A stretch of 64,000 bases of DNA, taken from the NCBI GenBank assembly GCA_009924895.1, contig RFQR01000002.1:65368-129367 (forward strand), given 5' to 3'. Each line of letters opens with the position of its first letter. Position 1 is the first letter of the stretch. Source of the DNA: a bacterium (GTDB lineage Bacteria > Patescibacteriota > Minisyncoccia > Phycocordibacterales > UBA2100). This document shows positions 58,005-64,000 of the stretch, in pieces. Under the pieces are notes generated by a model. The model was not told the origin of the DNA. It made no database searches and saw only the letters and a program-made list of their open reading frames with translations. The translations under genes were made by a program, and so were the position numbers.

Positions 58005-58152
58005 GGTGGTAGGAGGAAGAGCTGTGCTGTGGCAAGAGACGGAAGTCTCTGCTGCGGAAAAAAGGCCTCGCGGTAAAGGGGTGGTAAGTTGCACTCAGGG
58101 GAGTATATGCTACATTGCGCGTAGTGCAACAATTTCGAGGACGGAGGTTCTC

Positions 58153-58401
58153 ATGAGGTACCAAGTACGGCAACTTATGCTTGCAGGATCTGCCGCCCTG
58201 CTTCTTGTAACTATCATGAGCATTGTCCTTGTTGATCTAAAACATGGCTGGCAATACTATTTTGGTTTTTTGGTACTGGGAATGTTTGGTACGGTACTTA
58301 TACTTTCTGCCAAGCCAGAGCGGTCGGTATTTTTGCCCGGCGCGGGAAGTATTCTTGTTCTGTTCAGTTGCTTGTTGGGTGTAGTATGGTTTTTAAGATA
58401 A
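58153..58401 (+). CDS. Small membrane protein (2 to 3 TM helices)
   Basis: GGAGG Shine-Dalgarno before the ATG. Hydrophobic helices. Confidence 0.4.
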   Translation: MRYQVRQLMLAGSAALLLVTIMSIVLVDLKHGWQYYFGFLVLGMFGTVLILSAKPERSVFLPGAGSILVLFSCLLGVVWFLR

Positions 58402-58408
58402 TCACTGG

Positions 58409-58436
58409 GCACGTGTCGCCACGACTCGTGCCCTCG
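58409..58436. terminator. Hairpin (gggcacg ...12 nt... cgtgccc) between convergent genes
   Basis: Seen in the sequence. Confidence 0.45.
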
Positions 58437-58440
58437 ATAT

Positions 58441-61400
58441 TTAGTTGAGTGAAGAAACAATCTGACGTATCTTTTCTGATGCAATGAATGGTGAGGTAAG
58501 AGCTTCAGCAAAAATGTCAGTAGGTAGTTCCGCCGTTTTTACTGGTGACTGACTTGCGTCGTCGAGTGCGACAGCCATGAATACGGTGTCACCGTCACTC
58601 GTAACCGACACTCTCATGTCCAGGGATTGGCCAGGATTATTTTGCGCAAACTCATCCCTAACCCCCTGTGTGCTCTCCCATATGCTTTGGAATGACGCTC
58701 TAATGTTATTTCCACTAGCATCCGCTCGCTCAAGAAGGACTTTTTCATCGTTTGCAAGTCCAGCGACGAGAGAAAACTCACGAAGTGTCTGTCCTTCCGT
58801 AGGGATTTCAATTTCTGAAGAAGTTTCGGCTCGCTCTGAAACAGCTTTACGACGAGAAAATGCTCGTGGTTGCTTGTAGCGGCTCAGCATTGTCTCTGCC
58901 AATGCATCAGTATCAAGCTTCTCAACAAGAGAGTCGAAAAGCATCTCGGTATTGTCAAAGCGAACACTTTCCCCGTTATTGGAGACTAATCGCTCCAGCA
59001 ACTGCGCTTCGGAGTTTTCAAGTACATCTGCCGCTGCGGCATCTTTGATAGAAATACCGTTTCCAGCTTTTGCAACCAGAGTTTCCATCTCCTGAGTTTT
59101 TGTGAGTTCAGCTTGCGAGCGCTCATTGAGAACCAATCGGGCGCGCGCCACTTCTTGTCTGAAGCGCAAGTGTCCGCGTGCTGCATTGCGAAGCATTTCC
59201 TTTCCTGACAAGTCCATTGCGTTCATGGCCACCAGGAGAGATCCCATAGGGTCATCACGTTTGTCATCGGGCATCGTTACTTGCCCAGCGATATCTGCGA
59301 ATTCTGCAAGACCGGGCGCAAGAATATCTTGGAGTTTGCGGACGGCTTTTGGATCGCTTTGCAATCGTCCCAAGAGCTTCTCCATAGAGAATATCTCAAG
59401 AATTTCTTGTGCGTATGGACCCTTTGAAACTATCTCTTTTAGGTCATGCTTAATTGCTTCGTATGCGCTCCTGTCTTCACGAACATCTTCACTGTATTCT
59501 TCACCCAGTTTTCGCAATGCTGCAAGCATCATGTACGGTTCGAGTGGGGGGAGAGAAGAAAAGAAAGGCAGTGTACGCATGCCTTCATTGAAATTTTGGA
59601 GTGCTTCAACGATGTTGCGTTCGACATTATGCCAATCCTCAACAAATCGATCTTTTGTTTTAAGAAGATTCTTGTTTCTGTTGCGAACGGCAAAGATTGA
59701 AAGTGAGAATGTTCCCAGCGAAAGAAGGAGTACGAGTCCACTCAGAGCACCAAACGCTTGAAGTTGAGCGGATTTTAAGTAGGAAGTGAACAATTCCTTT
59801 GCTTTATCATCAGGAAGAGCTCTCCAGACTGAAGGATCAAGGACCTCTTCAGAAGATTCTGCAAGTGACGGATCGAGTACCACGCTCCAGACTCCTTGTG
59901 GGAATATCGTCGGCGGAGACATCTTCTTTTCAATTTGATACGCAAGCTGCTTTCTTGCTAATGCGCCGAGTTGCGGGTGCTGGTTAGGGCTCGAGAACGT
60001 TGAGAGCATTGCGCGGTACTGGCGCAGCATATACTCACTCGATTGTGACTTTTCAAGGTTTGGAATAATTGTCGAGAGGTGCTGTGCTACTTGTGCGCCC
60101 AGTTCGGCATCTGAAATCTGTGACAAGTTTGCGACCAGGGACTGCGCGAAACTTGGATCAGCCTTTGCGACAGTGTCAGCCCAGAGTTTTGCATCAATTC
60201 CCGTCTCAGGAGGAACCTCACCACCAACAATCCTTGACCATGCAGATGGTGGATATGCGAGAGGAACGCGATTTGCCCCAAATTGAATACCGACCTGCGG
60301 ACGTAGTAACTTGCCCAAAGATGCTGGATTCATTGATGTCATGTTACGAATTTCGTTGAGCGCACGAGAAACAATTTTGTTGTTTGGTTGCGCTGCGGAC
60401 ATCTTTTCGATGCGCTCAGCTATGGCTTTAACGAGAGGCAAGAGTTCAGCCCCTAATACATCGTCGGAAAGTGAGGTTGCTTTGTTGAGGTCGAGATTGG
60501 AGGGGAATGCTTTTTCCACTTCAGCTCGTCCATCGGTACCAAAAAGTGCACTGTTCCATGCGTCCGCTGCAGAAGTAGAGAAACCTTCTCGTGCACCTGC
60601 ATTAATTCGTTCGTAAATAAAGGTGCGCTCACCTCGATTGACGACTCGGTACCCTGACCAGTTTTGCAGCATGAATTTAGCTACGTACCGTTCAGAACCA
60701 AGTGCCTTTTGACTCCCCGGGAGCCCAGGAATAAATGAGTTAAATACGCCTCGAACGGAGCTTTTCGCAATGGTGTCAGCTGCCGCAGCGCCTGCAGCTT
60801 GCTCAGTAATATCCTCAATTGTCTTCTTGAGTGCTTCAAGCGGAGACATGTTGAGTGTCCATTCAGGGAGGGCGGGTGAACTCACTGAACCTCCGACAGC
60901 ACTGAGGGCGTCATTTTGGACAGTAAGTGCTTGAGTGATTTTGTCTGCAATAGATTCTTTGGCAACCTTTTTAAGTGCATCGCGTTTTTCAAGAATTGAC
61001 TGAATGTAAGGCTGGACCGCTTCGATGCCAATTGGTGGTGTCCCTTCAACAAAAGCCGCAAGGAATGTTCTTTGAACTGATTCACCTTGAGTATGGATAA
61101 CAGAGCTGATGCGAAGCGCCTCATCAAGGTCAGCGTTAATTTGAGCAAGTTCTTTGCTCTGGATGAATGAATCAATGAGGCCCTTGAGACGAGACTCAAA
61201 GGTTTGTCCTGTAGCGAGGCCCATTTTCGTGCGTATTATTCCAACCATCTCAGCAACATTTTGCGTATTTCCAAACTTTTGCTTCAACTTCGCAAAGTCA
61301 TCGGCATTGAGATCGCGAAGGTTTGAAGTATCGCCAGTCTCAAGTGCCTTTTTAAATTCATACGCCGGTCCCTGACCAAGCGTTTTTGGTTGATTAAAGG

Positions 61401-62685
61401 TGATTTGTGAAAGAAGAGCCAAATCAAGACCTGCTGCTTTGAAAAGAGGCTCGAGTTCATTTTTCTTGATTGCGTCGATTTCAGCTGCAGTGTATGCAAT
61501 CCAACCATCAGAAACACGTGGTGCTGCTTGTTGTTGTTTTGGGGCACCGGCTGGAGCGTTTCTTGGTGCATTTTTTTGAGCCGGTGCAGCGGCAGCGGGG
61601 GCAGTTGCAACGGTAGATTTTTTCCCTGATTCGATTCTTTTTGCAATCTCGAGAATTTTGGGAAGAACAGGGGCAAATGCCTTTAGTTTTAGAGTAAAAT
61701 CAGATACTTTCTCACCCTGTTGACGCAAAGGTTCGGCGAGCAGGGCTGCATTTCTACCTGATTCATCAGTACGACTGAGTACTTGCTGTGCAACGGCAAT
61801 ACCTCCAGCAATTAGAATGCCAACTGACGCAAGTCGCAACGGTATTGTTGCCATCTTGGTCACCTTCTTAGTCCCACGTCTATCAGAAGTGGACCAGCGT
61901 TTTACGCCCTTTTTAATACTGCCGGTGTCTGCGACGTGACCAAGTATTGCGGTTTTTGTTCCGACATTTCCCAAGATGTTCCATCCCACCGCTGAAGCAC
62001 CGTAGGTAACAAGGTGCGCTAACGAGTGTGCGGCAATAGGAATACCCATCGTCGTTAGAATTGAGGTTACGATAAGTGTGGAGAGACCACCTTCAAGCAC
62101 AGAACCTGCGACTTCACCGGCAGGACGCAATAACATCCCAGACGAGTAACGCTTCAGTGAAGGCGGGGTCTTTATTCCTCGTATCTGTGCTTCAATTCCT
62201 TTCAAAAGTTCGATAGCGGATTTTGTGGCAGCGGTATCAGGGACTTGAACTGTAGCGTTTGGTTGGGTGAGTGCTGCAATAATTGCATTTCGTTCAGCGT
62301 CGGAGACTGAAGAGCTCATTACAAGTTCTTGAAGTTGCCGTATAGAACTTTTCAGGCGATGGCCATGTTCTATAACAGCTTTTTCATCAGTTGGTGTTGC
62401 ACCAAGCTGACGAACAAAAGCTTTCATTGCAGAATCGAGTGGCGTTCCTTGAGCGACCGCTTGCTGAGCAAATTCAAGTGCAGCCATGTATTTCGACTCG
62501 CTGACTGGTTCACCAGCTTGGGCAGTTGCTATCGCTTCGCCAAGAGCTGCTTTGTGTTCGTTTGAACCTTTTCGCAATTTTTCAGCGGGTCCGCCCATTG
62601 GTGGCTGTTGGGCAGCTTCAGCCTGTTTTAAAATATCGTCAAGACCAGAACCTAGACCGCCAAAATCAATATCTTCTGATGACAT
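58441..62685 (-). CDS. Giant hypothetical protein (1414 aa) with several TM helices and long alpha-helical/coiled-coil regions
   Basis: Single uninterrupted ORF. TM clusters near residues 190-300 and about 890-915. No recognisable catalytic motif. Confidence 0.6.
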   Translation of the reverse strand: MSSEDIDFGGLGSGLDDILKQAEAAQQPPMGGPAEKLRKGSNEHKAALGEAIATAQAGEPVSESKYMAALEFAQQAVAQGTPLDSAMKAFVRQLGATPTDEKAVIEHGHRLKSSIRQLQELVMSSSVSDAERNAIIAALTQPNATVQVPDTAATKSAIELLKGIEAQIRGIKTPPSLKRYSSGMLLRPAGEVAGSVLEGGLSTLIVTSILTTMGIPIAAHSLAHLVTYGASAVGWNILGNVGTKTAILGHVADTGSIKKGVKRWSTSDRRGTKKVTKMATIPLRLASVGILIAGGIAVAQQVLSRTDESGRNAALLAEPLRQQGEKVSDFTLKLKAFAPVLPKILEIAKRIESGKKSTVATAPAAAAPAQKNAPRNAPAGAPKQQQAAPRVSDGWIAYTAAEIDAIKKNELEPLFKAAGLDLALLSQITFNQPKTLGQGPAYEFKKALETGDTSNLRDLNADDFAKLKQKFGNTQNVAEMVGIIRTKMGLATGQTFESRLKGLIDSFIQSKELAQINADLDEALRISSVIHTQGESVQRTFLAAFVEGTPPIGIEAVQPYIQSILEKRDALKKVAKESIADKITQALTVQNDALSAVGGSVSSPALPEWTLNMSPLEALKKTIEDITEQAAGAAAADTIAKSSVRGVFNSFIPGLPGSQKALGSERYVAKFMLQNWSGYRVVNRGERTFIYERINAGAREGFSTSAADAWNSALFGTDGRAEVEKAFPSNLDLNKATSLSDDVLGAELLPLVKAIAERIEKMSAAQPNNKIVSRALNEIRNMTSMNPASLGKLLRPQVGIQFGANRVPLAYPPSAWSRIVGGEVPPETGIDAKLWADTVAKADPSFAQSLVANLSQISDAELGAQVAQHLSTIIPNLEKSQSSEYMLRQYRAMLSTFSSPNQHPQLGALARKQLAYQIEKKMSPPTIFPQGVWSVVLDPSLAESSEEVLDPSVWRALPDDKAKELFTSYLKSAQLQAFGALSGLVLLLSLGTFSLSIFAVRNRNKNLLKTKDRFVEDWHNVERNIVEALQNFNEGMRTLPFFSSLPPLEPYMMLAALRKLGEEYSEDVREDRSAYEAIKHDLKEIVSKGPYAQEILEIFSMEKLLGRLQSDPKAVRKLQDILAPGLAEFADIAGQVTMPDDKRDDPMGSLLVAMNAMDLSGKEMLRNAARGHLRFRQEVARARLVLNERSQAELTKTQEMETLVAKAGNGISIKDAAAADVLENSEAQLLERLVSNNGESVRFDNTEMLFDSLVEKLDTDALAETMLSRYKQPRAFSRRKAVSERAETSSEIEIPTEGQTLREFSLVAGLANDEKVLLERADASGNNIRASFQSIWESTQGVRDEFAQNNPGQSLDMRVSVTSDGDTVFMAVALDDASQSPVKTAELPTDIFAEALTSPFIASEKIRQIVSSLN

Positions 62686-62697
62686 AAGAATGAAAAA

Positions 62698-64000
62698 TTA
62701 TTTTCGTGAAGCTTTTAATAGTTGGACAATCTTTCCGATGAGTGCCGGATCTGGTTTTTTCTGTAGAACTTCAAGAATTTGAATTAATTTTCCATAAGTT
62801 TCACTAAATTTTGTATCACGCTCTTGAAGGCGGACCATTTCGGTTCCTCCGCCACCTGCAATTATCCCCATCAAAGAATCGCGCAACGTTACGTACTGGT
62901 CATGCAACTCGGCTGCTTGTTGAGGAATTTGAGCAAATAGTTCTTTTCGCCGTGCCATATTTGCTTCACTTTTCCCCTCGACTTCTAAAGTGTGTTCAGA
63001 GTCGTCTTTAATATCTTTAAGTTTTCGAGTTGCGGCGTTGAGTTGGTACAAAATATTAATTGCAATAAAGCGAGTGTCTTCATCAGTAATTGAATCACCA
63101 AAACTTTCAATGTTGTCTGAGTATTCGCGTAGCGTGACTGTTGCAACGTTGAGTGCGTGCTTAAAATCAGCCGCTCTTTTTTCAAGATCCGGAGAATAAA
63201 AACCTTTCTCCGGTATTTTCTCCCTTTCCTTAATCCCTGCAAGGACAACGGAGAGGCTCTTTGACTTTTGTAGGGCTTTTGGGTCAGTATCAGCTATTTG
63301 GGGAGTATCAAACACAGGTAATTCGGAGGCATTCATATAAAGACGATTACCTACTGATTCGAAAATAGTGCGAGGTTCCTTTATACCAAGTGACTTTTTC
63401 AAATTAGCAATAAATCGATCTGCGTCCTCGACAGGTTTTTCCAAAGTTGCTAAATGAGCAACAATTTCTTCTCGTCGGGATTCTGGTATTTCTTTATCCC
63501 CGAGTTCCTTGAGCATTCGCGCTGTCTGCTGTTGGATAAGAAAGACTTCCGCATGCCTTTCGAGCTTTGTTAGGTTAATGCGAAAACCAACTTTCTCAAC
63601 AGTTTTACCTTTACCACGGTCACTCTCAATTACCTCAGGCACAAGAATTCCATAGGTGAGGAGCGCAAGAGAAGCGCCGTCGAGCCGAGTTCGCATAGTA
63701 GAGTCGTGTGCATCTTGAGTGGCACGGTTTTTTTCTGCAAGGAGCCCCGCGAAAACCTGGCACAATTTTCCTGCAGGAGTGTCACCGAAGTTCATGCCAT
63801 TAAGTGCAAGCATAAAAGATGCGCGGGCGCGTGAAGCGAGATTTGGATCTTCGTCTAAAGCAAGCAAAAGAGCAATTGGGAGCTCGGGTAGATCTTCTCT
63901 ATCACCAATTTCCGTGTACGAGGTTCCCAGCGGAACCAACTCACCTAATTTTCCTGTGGGAAAATATTTTTGATCCAGCGCGAGTAGTGAGGTGCGCAAA
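62698..64000 (-). CDS. Hypothetical coiled-coil protein, N-terminus beyond the window end
   Basis: ORF open to the window edge. 13 bp downstream of it is the giant gene, so probably an operon. Confidence 0.5.
   Translation of the reverse strand, partial: LRTSLLALDQKYFPTGKLGELVPLGTSYTEIGDREDLPELPIALLLALDEDPNLASRARASFMLALNGMNFGDTPAGKLCQVFAGLLAEKNRATQDAHDSTMRTRLDGASLALLTYGILVPEVIESDRGKGKTVEKVGFRINLTKLERHAEVFLIQQQTARMLKELGDKEIPESRREEIVAHLATLEKPVEDADRFIANLKKSLGIKEPRTIFESVGNRLYMNASELPVFDTPQIADTDPKALQKSKSLSVVLAGIKEREKIPEKGFYSPDLEKRAADFKHALNVATVTLREYSDNIESFGDSITDEDTRFIAINILYQLNAATRKLKDIKDDSEHTLEVEGKSEANMARRKELFAQIPQQAAELHDQYVTLRDSLMGIIAGGGGTEMVRLQERDTKFSETYGKLIQILEVLQKKPDPALIGKIVQLLKASRK

Noticed and set aside
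1-64000. CRISPR arrays, rRNA genes, transposases or integrases
   Set aside because: No regularly spaced direct repeats with unique spacers, no rRNA-like conserved segments, and no DDE, tyrosine or serine recombinase motifs were seen in any ORF translation.

Overview
This 64-kb window is a mostly housekeeping chromosomal segment from a small-genome bacterium. It is gene-dense and uses both strands. Truncated enzyme architectures, a sortase, Tyr-rich secreted proteins and a giant membrane protein suggest a monoderm Patescibacteria/CPR-like lineage, but that is inference.

Recognisable genes include pheT (C-terminal part), a MarR regulator, gyrB, nth, lysS, tyrS, uvrB, murB, uvrA, carB and carA (minus strand), a short uvrC, ddl, a CphA-N-domain-like ATP-grasp ligase, tRNA-Ala(UGC), an RRM RNA-binding protein, an ECF sigma factor with a DUF5667 anti-sigma-like partner, a YqeY/GatB-domain protein, rmuC, a HAD hydrolase, an SGNH lipase, a MutY-like glycosylase, RNase J, a family-5 ABC substrate-binding protein, secG, a sortase, a short thrS, dnaE, rnhB, rpmF, a NusB-NUDIX fusion, rnc and an MNT/HEPN toxin-antitoxin pair.

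The parts that look accessory or unusual are listed below. I cannot name a single undescribed system with confidence, and none of these homology or recombination inferences could be checked by search or alignment here; the strongest candidates are items 1 to 4.
1. A sortase locus with two Tyr/Gly-rich repetitive surface proteins that share a C-terminal 'LSQIPYTG + TM' sorting signal. One of them is split by a perfect 77-bp tandem duplication.
2. A 23-bp perfect palindrome present four times: in-frame inside murB and mutY, and twice in a ~51-bp tandem repeat upstream of a hypothetical gene.
3. A HEPN/MNT toxin-antitoxin cassette sitting at the rnc 3' end, flanked by two further degenerate copies of the rnc tail, suggesting a recombination hotspot.
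4. An 86-bp insertion with inverted repeats and a 16-bp direct repeat that disrupts the uvrB 5' end.
5. An extremely Tyr-rich secreted ORF directly upstream of tyrS.
6. An ATP-grasp ligase translationally coupled to a 56-aa zinc-ribbon ORF.
7. A 1414-aa hypothetical membrane protein followed by a 433-aa hypothetical protein at the window edge.

No rRNA, CRISPR array, transposase or integrase was seen.
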